Below are positions 13,438-24,227 of a stretch of DNA of 64,000 bases, one piece after another. The first letter of the stretch is position 1. Each line of letters opens with the position of its first letter. The notes below the pieces were generated by a model. It was not told where the DNA came from and did not search any database. It was given only the letters and a program-made list of their open reading frames with translations. The stretch is from assembly GCA_043228905.1 (NCBI GenBank), contig JBHGNT010000005.1:18414001-18478000 (forward strand). The letters run 5' to 3'. This DNA is from Azolla caroliniana (taxonomy: Eukaryota; Plantae; Polypodiophyta). The position numbers and the translations under genes are program-made.

Positions 13438-14460
13438 CTAATTGACTAAGGATTTCAAATTTGTTTGAGATACTTGGACTATTAGTACTAAGGGAAGAAT
13501 TGATTCAGGTTTAGTATAGGCTACGATTTGATTTACCTGTCTTCTTGGCCTATGGGGACAGTTGATTGTGATATGCCCTGGCCCACCGCAATAAAGACAT
13601 AATCGATTTGCACGTCGTCGTTGTTTTTCTTCTTCCGATAACGGGCCACGTCGACGCATGGTGTCGATCTCCATTGGTGTCGGAGTATTTGCTTGAGATA
13701 CGTCTCGTGCAAATGGTTTAGCCACGACTGAGGCATATGTGGGCTCCAGCCTAGGGCGTGATATTTGTAATTGACATTCAGAACGTCGTTCGAAAAGGCG
13801 GTTGTCGCATCGGACCGCTCGACTAATTGCCTCTATAAGAGACTTTGGTTCTTCGAGGAAGGTTAAGAGTAAATCTTTGACATCGTTTCGCAGGCCATAG
13901 CGAAACTGCTCCATTAGTGCCTGATCATCCCAGGGGATATCTGAGGCAAGTAGACGGAAATCTGCCGCATAGGCAGAGGCTGGACGATCACCTTGACGCA
14001 ATCGTCGGATTTTGTTGATCGTCGTCCTAATGCTGTCAGTCTCTCCCAAGCAAGTTTTTAACTCGATAATAAAGTCTTCAAAGTTATTAAGCAAGGGCAA
14101 TTGTTTTTCTAGAAGCGGAGCGAAGCATGCCAAGACTGAGCCGCTAAGCAACGTGCCTATTAGGCCGATTCGGGACATTACATCAGTGGGGTATCGGGAA
14201 GGATGCCTTTGAATGACTAAGCGTACCTGATTAAGAAATCCCTTGAATTGCAATCGCATTCCATCGAATTTCACAGCAAGTCCAACCTTGGGCTCTTTAT
14301 GAAATCCTTGGGGACTTGATCCTTGTTGTTGCAACACTACGATGGTTGCTTCGAGTTGTTGTACACATAACACTAACTCCCCATGTTGTTGTTGCAAATC
14401 CCCATATTGTTGCTGCGTTTGTTGTTTTTCTAGAGAGATTTGTTGAAGATCCCCTAACAA
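13438..14460 (-). pseudogene. Chromovirus gag
   Basis: Coiled-coil N-terminus, retrotransposon-gag LRQGDRPASAYAADF, PTPMEID, CCHC knuckle. Confidence 0.88.
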
Positions 14461-14627
14461 TCATTGGTTTTCTTGTTCCAAGGCAACACATTTTTCTTTT
14501 AGACCCTGTAGCTCGAAGAAAACATATTGATATTCTTGGGCGCTAACAGTAGCCATAGTATTGGAAAAAAAAGGGGTAAGAGGATGAGGGAAACCGAAAA
14601 GAAGACTAGAGGCATATCGGTTCAAAC

Positions 14628-14739
14628 AGTCACGAATAGTACTAAAATAGAGAGAGAATTAGTACTAGAGAAGGGAAGTACTATTAGTACTAAGAGGACA
14701 CGACTGCGTAAGACTCCCAAGAGAGGGAGAGAGAAGAGG

Positions 14740-14779
<40 letters not shown>

Positions 14780-15073
14780 GATGATAACAGATAATATATT
14801 ATATGAAGAGTAAGTACAGAATAGCTATGAGGCTTAACACTGGCGTTGAACCGATTTCGTTCAACATAATGCCTTGTGCCTCCTTTTATAGTGTTCTCAA
14901 GAGGAGTCTTGAAGCTTCTAGAATGTTCTAGAGAAATCTGGAATATACATTAATTTCCTATAATCAAACTTAAATGAAAATAATATCCTATGTATTACAA
15001 TAGATGGTATAATGGTCAAGAGCTCGACCATATAACATAAGGTCATGGGTTCGAGTCTTGCCATATCATGACA
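14628..15073 (-). repeat. Chromovirus 5' LTR
   Basis: Homologous to 9494-9795 and 62044-62479. TATA box CTATAAAAG on minus (14883-14891). Confidence 0.88.
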
Positions 15074-16077
15074 CTATCCCCGAGTCTTGCCATATCATGA
15101 CACTCGAATGCCGATTGGGCCGGAAATGCCCACGATCGTAGATCCACATCTAGATACGCATTCTCATTGGGCAGTGCGGCGATTGCGTGGAAGCGTTATT
15201 GAGCACGGAGGCCGAATATCGAGGGGCGACTATCACTACCTATGAGCAAAGTCATTTGGCTGAAACTGCTATTACGGGATTTGCATGTGGAGGTGTCCGA
15301 TCCGACGATGATCTATTGCGACAACCTCAATAGTATCCACCTTGCGAAAAATCCTGCATTCCACGCCTAGACCAAGCACATTAAGGTGCACTACCATTTT
15401 GTCCGCGAACGTGTCCTTTTTGGTGAAGCCCCATGGGTCAGCAAATTGCCGACATCTTCACCAAGACCCTTGGTCTCGACAAGTTGCATCATTTCTGGGA
15501 TGAGTTGGGTTTGCGTCAACTTGACATGCCAAACTTGAGGGGGAGACAGGAACAGGAGCGTGAACGTGAAAGGAGCGGTAGTGATCGTGATGCCAAATCG
15601 GATGAAGAATTCGATTTCGGGTCGGCTGAAGAAGACGAAGAAGAAAACAGGGGTTGTAATCGCAAGGAAGAGCCGAAGACAACTGAACAAAGGGGAAATA
15701 TAGCCAAGAAGGGCGTAAAGGCCAAGAAAAAGACATGGTCTGATGTAGTCAAGGGCCTGAAAACAGAAGACGAATTGGAGATAGCCAATTCGGGCGAAAG
15801 TGAAATTGAATCAGCAGTGACAAATTCAATCGAAATGTTCGATTCAGACATTACGAATCAACTGAGGGCCAAGCAAAGGAAAGTTCAGGGAAAGAGGTGC
15901 CAACACTGTGACAACAAGGGAGCTGAGAAGGGCCACATGAGCAGACAAGCCGACTGAAAGGGTCGAAGCGCGCCGAATCCAACGGGTTGAGGAGCGCGAG
16001 CGAGGTGTGAAGCCAGGAGAGGCCGGAGCGAAGATCCGGAAAAGCAGATGGAACCTCAAGTTGAGCTTGAGGGGGAG

Positions 16078-17452
16078 TGTTGAGAGACAAGCTCAACATT
16101 GTGTGCATAAACGGGTGTGTAACCCAATGCGTAGACTGGGTGCGTAAAACAGTTGGATAAAAGATATAGAAAAATGATTTGGTGGATGGGATGCGAGACA
16201 CTTGCTTCATGATGCATCACTAGATTCCTCTATAAATGAGGCCTTTCTACAACACCAATGTATCATGACATGGGACAAATGTGGAGGCTCACGTTTCACA
16301 CATTATACTACACATGTTGCACCTAACTACAAAACCATATTCTTTGCAGAACGGGGAAACCGTACACATCGATACGTGTTAGAGCCCATATTGTTATCTG
16401 CCATTCGAACCATTGCTTCCATGCGACTTAGCTCACATGCATTGCGATGTGAGACAGGGCGTTGGGGCACAAGTGATGAGAGTGGTCAGCTATGCACACT
16501 TTGCTCTAAACAAGTTCACGAGTCTGAGTATCACACTTTGATACAATGCTCTGCCTTTGATCATATTCGACCATGATTTCACATCTCTTCGACCGAGCCC
16601 AATCCTTGCATGAATTCCTCTCACAACCACAATGTGCACTCTCGATTGCAACATCCATTGGTAAAGTTCTTGAACATCAAGAGTCACTACTCACTTTCAC
16701 ACGTATCACGTGAAATGTAATATTTTTGGTCTCATAGGTCATATTTGACCTCCGAAGAAGATAATATAATCTATCTATCTATATATCTATCTATCTATCC
16801 CTTCCTTAAGGCTTCTTTGATTTTTGTGGGTGTTCTTCGGATGGAAATCGGGAGACCAAGCATTTAATATAGTAAGTGGGTTCTCTCCTTATCTCTAAAG
16901 GAAGGGGGGAGAGGGATTAGGGATTAGGGCTTCTTTGGTTGGGCGTTCTTCGTTTTCGCACTTTGGAGTTCCACATTCAATATTTTGGAGGCCTTCTTTT
17001 TCTTGACTTCTTTCTCTCACTTGGAGAGTTAGTCTTCTTGAATCTCTTATTTTCGCCTTGAGAGCTATTGTTTTCATCACTACTGAGATCACCACGCATT
17101 GATGACTTCGAGAAATGATTCAACTAGCTCACGCATTGATAATTGAAGGAAGCACGATGTGACTCAGGAACACTACTCCATTGAGGTAGTGATCAGAGTC
17201 TCGATAATTCACTTGACTCATCTTCACCAAAAGCTCAAAGCCTACCATCGTCATTCTTGTTAAGCTTTTAATCCTTGTCAAAGCCTCCGCTTTCGTGGCA
17301 ATATTTGGTGAACCCATTTCATTTTAAGAAAAAGATATTTTCTCTATATAAATGTATATTTGGAGCCACTCTTGTGTTTTAGTGTTAATTAAGTGTTTTA
17401 GTGTTAGTCTTGTGTGATTGATGCTAATCGTGTGTTAATTACCCTTATGTCA
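16078..17452 (+). repeat. Copia 3' LTR, interrupted by a LINE fragment; right boundary uncertain
   Basis: TGTTGAGAG directly after the PPT, same start as the LTRs at 56981 and 60570. The end at 17452 is tentative. Confidence 0.5.
16205..16800 (+). mobile_element. 5'-truncated LINE (non-LTR retrotransposon) 3' end
   Basis: ORF2 C-terminal RLSSHALRCETGRW..CTLC..ESEYHTLIQC zinc-finger motif, followed by a (CTAT)n microsatellite tail at ~16768-16799. Confidence 0.75.
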
Positions 17453-19570
17453 TGTGTGTGTTTCTATGGGAGAATGTGTGAGGAGGGATGAGAGGTTGCC
17501 GGTGGATGAGCCTTTGCCTCTCTTCATTCATCTCGAGAGCCTTCGCCTCCCTCTAATGATCACCTTGAGAGCCTCCTTTTTTCACCTTCGAACATTAGCC
17601 TCTGAACATTTGCCACATAAAGTAGGTTTGAACTACAACACACTAAAAAAAGGACAATCTCCCAAGGGAACTTACGAAGAGGATTTAGAGGCTTTTCTAA
17701 ACACGTTGTCACATCCTCACAGGTCCAAGACACTGGTTGTCCCGCTTGAGTAAGACACGCACGTGCTTTTATGCAACAACGTGAACTCCTTGTTTACCTA
17801 GATGTTACGATGTCATGAAAATAGTGCCATATGCATGGACAAGCGTGAGGCCTTCTGTTAGGTGGGCATAGTTTTATTGTCAAACCCGAAATCTCATACG
17901 TAGGTTTACACAATAAGAGATTCATGATGGAAAACAAGTAACCTATCAATCAATAAGAAGGTCTTGCAATGTTGGCTTTGAGAACGTGGTGCTCTTTGAC
18001 CTTTGCATACTTGTTAAACCCTAGTATGGTTTATCCTTGAGTTTTCTTTCTTTGATAGAAAATATATGATTCCCTTTATATTGAAATGGTACATTTATAT
18101 AGTGTCTCTCATCCAATTAGATCTTGAATAGATTCCAATTAGACCTTGAATAGATTCAATTTTTTTCCCATAGTTTCTATGTATAGAAATTCATGGGTTA
18201 CTAATGCCCCAAACCATGGTTGTAACCCATAGTCTTGTGCATTTTTTTTCTTAATAGTTTTGTGTTGTTATATTACCATAAGATCTTGTTAATTATACTT
18301 ATTAAAGGTAAGTGAACTATCCTAGTGGTAGTCACATATGTTGTTATAGTTGAGGTTGGAGGTCCAACATCCCCTCATACATATTATGGAATAGTATTAA
18401 CAATATTATCATTTTTTAAAACATCATTAAAAAAACAATAACTTCCTTTCATTGGAGATGGTTTCGCATCACGGGCCATTGGCTGAAGATTACAAGTATG
18501 GGGTACAATCAAACAAAAGCAAGTTGGTACATTGAGCTATCTATGGCTAATATAGCCAGACTTCTAAAGTTGTTTTTGTTCTTGGATGAGAGGTCCACCC
18601 TCCAATGACGAAGTAAGACCACTACCCAATATACAACAAATGGGCTTGGCCTAGTTAAATACATCCATCGGTTGTGTTACTCTTGAGAACTGTTTGACCC
18701 TACTGCAATGAATGCGTTCTTGACAATCATGATTTCTCCCTCATAGTGAATATTAATGGCACAAGCACATTTCTGTTAAATTCTTTTGTTTTTATTAGTT
18801 CATTTGCGATAGGGCCACCATCCTGGTAATTAGGGAACTTATCATCCCATAAGATTACCAAATATACAATGATGTAAAGTGCATTTAAGAGGTACAAAGC
18901 ATTTAAAGGGAACGAAAATATGTTGCAAGTGATGAGGCACGCTCTCTCCTCTAGCACCTTAGAGATACATAAACACTACGTAACACCTCGAGAAGAGGGG
19001 GGAGTCTCACTGAAGTAAGTTTTTGTTGCTCATTAATTGTGTTGTGTCAACTCTCAAGTCTCTCCCCATTTCACATTAATTTGTAAAGTGATTTAATTGG
19101 TTGGTGTTAATGTGCACGCACAACTACATACATGCCAAGTAACATGTTTTGGCATTCCCTCTTGACACTCTAGCCACCCTCAATCTAAGTACATACTATA
19201 TCACGAGCAAGGAGCAACTACGAGTATCTTTTCAAGAAGTCAAGATCGAGTGCAAGTGTGGAAAGGAATGCCAGCAAATAATGAAACAATGGGAAGGATC
19301 GATCGAGGGTAGGCATTGGGGGAGGAGGGGCATGTTCGTCTTGTTCGGACACACAAAAGAACAATCGGGATGTGGACTCAAGGAGTCATAATTGAAGACA
19401 ACAGAATGTATTATAAAGATATACCAAGAACAATTGCTTTGCCATTTCTTACACAAGGTAGGGATCGAGAGTGGGGGCTCAAAACGAAATGGCCGACGAC
19501 AAGAGGGAATGGAAGGAAGGGTGGGGGATGGATGGGATGACTCGAGCCGAAAAATGATGTTATGTAATCC

Positions 19571-19675
19571 GAGAGAGAGAGAGAGAGAGAGAACCATCAT
19601 GTACGTATGTGCATACATATGTATGTATGTATGTTTTTTGTATGTATGCATGCATGCATGTATATATGTATGCTT
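19571..19675. repeat. (AG)n plus (TATG/CATG)n microsatellite
   Basis: Seen directly in the sequence. Confidence 0.9.
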
Positions 19676-20184
19676 TTTATTATTATAAAAGATATCCTTC
19701 CATTAGTATAAACAATTTACAATATTTCAAAGTCTATGTGATCAGCGGAGGAAACAACCATTTCAGAGGTTGAAAGTGCCAATAAGGAGTGTCATTCTTG
19801 GAGGTCATGATTGGGGTACTTGTCCACATGCTAAGAAACTCACCACGTCCAGCAGTCTTAGCATAAGAATCTCCAAACATAACATCCCATTTGACCCTTC
19901 AAAGTATGAACTATGTCCAGCCAAGTATGTATGTATGTATGTCTACATAGTACTTTTAATATACTCTAATGCATTGGCAAACATTCGGTTTCATACGAAT
20001 GCAAACGAATGAGTTTGTTATCAAAACATTCGTTATGTGTTTTTTTTACACTTTTTACCTTAATTTTCTTACCTTTCAAAAAAAATTACATATAAATAAT
20101 GAATACAAAAAGTATGGTATTTTACCATACTTCGTGGAATGATTGAAACATGCTCGAACAAAACTATTGTACGTATGGTTCATA

Positions 20185-20490
20185 CTATGTATGTATGTAT
20201 GTATGTTTGTGGGTATGTAGGTATGTATGTATGCATGCTCATGCATGTATGTAGGTATGTATGTTTGTGAGCATATATGTATGTATGCATGCATGCTCAT
20301 GCATGTATGTATGTAATTGTATGTTTGTGAGCATGTATGTATGTATGTATGTTTGTGGGTATGTATGTATGTATGCATGCATGCATGCTCATGCATGTAT
20401 GTATGTATGTATGTTTGTATGTATGTGAGCTATGTATGTATGAGTCTGTGTGTGTGGATGTATGTATGTATGTATGTATGTATGTATAAA
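20185..20490. repeat. Compound (TATG)n/(CATG)n microsatellite with higher-order repeats
   Basis: Seen directly. It produces the spurious YIHT/CMYV ORFs. Confidence 0.92.
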
Positions 20491-21116
20491 CAGACACTAC
20501 TCTTTATCTTTCTTAAGAAATCAGGGTTTCTATCATCAACACACGTTCCTCGCCCCTCTCTCTCTCTGTGTCTCTGTCTCTCTGTGTGTGCAGCCCAATC
20601 ATCTCTGACAGTAAGTAATTCAGTCTGCATTTCTGCCCATTCATGAAACCCCTAAGCCTACTTACTATACTCCTCACAAATCTTTCTCATGCAGGCTTTC
20701 CTAATCTCTCTGTGTGCCAATGCATTCTGAGAGCCAATGATAGCAAGGAATTTATAAAACGCACATTCGATTGATTGATCCGCCTAGCCTGCAATTAGCC
20801 CCTCCAATCTCATTCTGTATCTATGGGAGCAGAGAATCGATGGATGCTTGAATGGTTCGCGGAATCAAAGAATGTATGTATTTTTGCTTGATGTGGCGAA
20901 TTGTTGGGCGAGTCCGAGCACGAAATGATCCAGTTATTCCCTGTCTCTGTTGTCCAAACTCGGAAATTTTGATTCTGTAGCATCAAAACTCGGGGATTTT
21001 TGAGGGAAATCCAAAAGCTTCATCCTCGCCATAGCTAATCTCCTCTCCTCTTTGATGTTCTGACTGGTGTAAGCACATAAGAGTAGTACTGCATTTATCA
21101 GAAGCCCAAAGAAACC

Positions 21117-22697
21117 ATGGCGGGGTTGGGACCTGTCTGGATGGTGCTCTGCGTCGCATTCGGTGCGTTTCTGCTCCTAATCGTGGCTATCAATCTTTGC
21201 CTGGCGAGAAAGAGGAGCAGGAAGAGCATACAGAGTGTCGGATTAGGTGAGGTCAATGGCGTTAAATCGAGCTCAAAGGGAGCTCTGAATATCCATGCCT
21301 TGTCCAAGAATCTCTGCTATGTCGTCAGAGGAGGAGGAGGAGGAGATGGAGATGGCGATGGCGATGGCGATGAAGTAGACTGCGTATCAGCAGAAAAGGA
21401 AAGTAGCATGAAGTTAAGCTCTGCAATGGTGTCAGAAGCTATGGTGAAGGAAAGGCGCGCATCAAAAGGACCAAAACTGGTGCTTAACGGTGATGTCGAA
21501 AGCATCTATGGCGGAGCAGGAGCAGGAGCAGGAGCAGAAGCAGAAGAAGACGAAGAAGTAGAGGATATTTTGAAGCTATGGGGATCTCTCCGCCTCCTGT
21601 TCACCATAACTGAGGAGACGGAGGAGGATATGGAGCTCCAAGAAGAGAAGGTAGAAGAAGAAGAAGAAGAAGAAGAAGACGCCATGTCTGAAGGAGGAGA
21701 AGAGCAGAGATCTGGAAGAAGCATGGCGAGCTCAGAAGCTTCTTCGGGCGAGCTGAACATGTTTCTGATACCATCATCTCCGACGTTTTTATCGCCATAT
21801 CTGACACCTCCTGCTTCTGCTTCTTCTTCTTCTTCTTCTTCGCCTTCTTCTTCGCCTTCTTCTCCACCGTCTGATCCATTCGCCACTCCCATGGGCTCAC
21901 CTTCCCCTTTAATTCTTCTGTCTAATCATCCCTCTCCCCCTCCATCAAATCTTCTGCAGATGCAACCAGAGTCTGCAGAGTTTCATCAATGTCAGGATCC
22001 GATGTATGCATCTCTGCAGGAATCCACCATCGCCACATTTCTTCCTTCATCTTCATCTTCATCTTCATCTTCATCTTCTGATTCTTCTGCTTCTTCTTCT
22101 TCATCTTCTGCTTCATCTCCTTATGTCGCAGTGGACTTCGAATCTTCCTCGCCACTGTCAGGCAGCCATGGAAGCAACGGAACGAGCCTCTCCGAAGACT
22201 TATCGAGCTCATCTTCCACTTCCTCCTTCTCCTCTACTACCTCCTCCAGCGGCTCCGCCATCTCTGACAATTCATCGCTGGCCCCACCTTGCTTCTCTGC
22301 ACCTCATCAAAGCCCTATGGTTAGCCATACCAGCAGAGTTCACCCAATCTCAGGGCCCCTTCCCTTCTGCCTCATTGACATGGACATGGCGGAGGACCAC
22401 CCAAACCCTATTTCCAACAGGATCAATGGAAACCTCAACTTTCCTTCTTCTGATTCTAATTCTTCGAAGCCATCCGACCTCCTCCTCCTCCGCACCTCCA
22501 CCAATTCTGATGATTCTCCATTAATGCATGCTGCAGATGAACCCATTTTCATGATCCCTCCTCTGTCGCGACCCTCTACTCCCTCGCCTTTCCGCCATCG
22601 ATTCCAACTCAAAGAATACCGCAATGGACACTCACATAGGAGATCATCTTTCGATCACCGATTCATCTCCATGCCACATTCAGATTATTCATTTTGA
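21117..22697 (+). CDS. Single-exon 526-aa plant protein: N-terminal transmembrane helix, acidic and Ser/Pro-rich disordered tail; uncharacterised family with RxLFTIxEETxED motif
   Basis: Long open ORF with good Kozak context (AAACCATGG), hydrophobic WMVLCVAFGAFLLLIVAINLCL followed by ARKRSRK, RLLFTITEETEED and PYLTP/FATPMGSP motifs. Probable 5'UTR intron GTAAGT 20611 to CAG 20694. Confidence 0.85.
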   Translation: MAGLGPVWMVLCVAFGAFLLLIVAINLCLARKRSRKSIQSVGLGEVNGVKSSSKGALNIHALSKNLCYVVRGGGGGDGDGDGDGDEVDCVSAEKESSMKLSSAMVSEAMVKERRASKGPKLVLNGDVESIYGGAGAGAGAEAEEDEEVEDILKLWGSLRLLFTITEETEEDMELQEEKVEEEEEEEEDAMSEGGEEQRSGRSMASSEASSGELNMFLIPSSPTFLSPYLTPPASASSSSSSSPSSSPSSPPSDPFATPMGSPSPLILLSNHPSPPPSNLLQMQPESAEFHQCQDPMYASLQESTIATFLPSSSSSSSSSSSDSSASSSSSSASSPYVAVDFESSSPLSGSHGSNGTSLSEDLSSSSSTSSFSSTTSSSGSAISDNSSLAPPCFSAPHQSPMVSHTSRVHPISGPLPFCLIDMDMAEDHPNPISNRINGNLNFPSSDSNSSKPSDLLLLRTSTNSDDSPLMHAADEPIFMIPPLSRPSTPSPFRHRFQLKEYRNGHSHRRSSFDHRFISMPHSDYSF

Positions 22698-22986
22698 TTC
22701 CTTTCTCTCTGGAGATTATTACCGCTCAGCACTCAGATTATTCATTTTGATTCCTTTCTCTCTGGAGATTCCTACTGCTCAGCACTCAGATTATTCATAT
22801 TGATTCCTCTCTCTCTGGAGATTCCTACTGCTCAGCACTCAGATTATTCATATTGATTCCTCTCTCTCTGGAGATTTCTACTGCTCAGCATTCAGATTAT
22901 CCATTTTGATTCCTTTCTCTATGCAGATTTTCACAGCTCAGCATTCAGATTATCCATTTTGATTCCCTTCTCTCTGGAGATTTCTA
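22681..22986 (+). repeat. 53-bp minisatellite, ~5.8 copies, overlapping the stop codon
   Basis: Unit CAGATTATTCATTTTGATTCCTTTCTCTCTGGAGATTCCTACTGCTCAGCACT starts at 22681, 22734, 22787, 22840, 22893 and 22946. Confidence 0.95.
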
Positions 22987-24066
22987 GCAATCAGAGAGCC
23001 ATGTTCATTAATTTATATCATCTTTGTAATCTAAATCAAAACTGGCTAGAGTAGGAGGTGGCGACAGAGCGGATTCTAATCAGATGAATGAGCCGATTCT
23101 AATCAGATGAATCAATCCACATTCCCCATCACATCAAATCACAAGAAGAAGGACTGGGCAAATCACAAGAAGGACTGGGTAGATCACTATATGGCAAAGA
23201 CCTAAATCCTAACACAAATATGTATATATGTATATATACATATACATATTCTACATATATGTATCCCTTAGTCTGAATATGGAATCACTCATGTAAGTTC
23301 CATGGATTCTTCATGTTTACAATGTGCTTTGCTATGTATGTAAAAAGCTTCAATGGAACTCTTATCATTCAAAACTTTCACCATATCTGTATCATATCCA
23401 TGGATAAAAACAATCTGCTTTGAGCTGAATGTCTTAAGTTTACCGGCATGATATGCCCGTTTAAATGCGGATTAAACGATATTCCATTAGAAGTGTAGAT
23501 AGATGTAAGTGATTTGTTTTCTTGAGTGAGGTGTTTTTGACAGACCAGAAATCATGAAAACTTAGAAGCATTTGTGGAAGTTAGGAAACACTTGCAAGGA
23601 TATACATATGGGTTTAGGGTTACCTTTAGGGTTACATTTTCGATCGATCCATCTTCGTAAACATCTTGTTGTAAGCCCTAGGCCCTAAAAACCTAAGCAT
23701 TGTACTCTAAACCTTGAACCCTAAACCCACCCTAAATGGTCGCAAGATTCCTAAATAAACCTTTGTGGAACTTTGTGGATTCTTGGTGTTTGGAACCAAT
23801 CATGATCATTTGAGCTCGCCCATCACCATGTATGAATAGAGCCTCCAACAAGAGTATTTCCTTGAAGCTAAACCTAACCCTAGGATTGAGAGAGCCTATC
23901 ACCAATCACCATTGTTGTGAAATAAACAATTCAGGATGCCCTCATCTTTGGCTAGATGTGTCAAAATCACTACCTTTTGGGGTGTATGTTGTGAATGTTT
24001 TTAACGACATGTCAATAGTTTTGGCTAGGTATGTCACATGAATGAACAAGAAGTCTTATAATCATC

Positions 24067-24227
24067 GTATTTAGGGGATAGATTCGTTGCTCGAATCAAA
24101 GGCTAAATGAGTTCAACTATGTATTTAGGGGATAGATTCGTTGCTCGATTCAAAGGCTAAATGAGTTCAATTATGTATTTAGGGGATAGATTCATTGCTC
24201 AAATCAAGGGTAAATGAGTTCAACTAT
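24067..24227. repeat. 54-bp tandem repeat x3
   Basis: GTATTTAGGGGATAGATTC...GAGTTCAACTAT at 24067, 24121 and 24175. Confidence 0.92.

Noticed and set aside
15020-15065. tRNA-like motif (GGGTTCGAGTC B-box) in the chromovirus U3
   Set aside because: It resembles a T-arm/B-box and recurs in each LTR copy, but I could not fold a complete cloverleaf. It is not called as a tRNA; tRNAscan-SE would decide.
20076-20646. YIHT/CMYV-repeat ORFs
   Set aside because: Translations of the TATG microsatellite.
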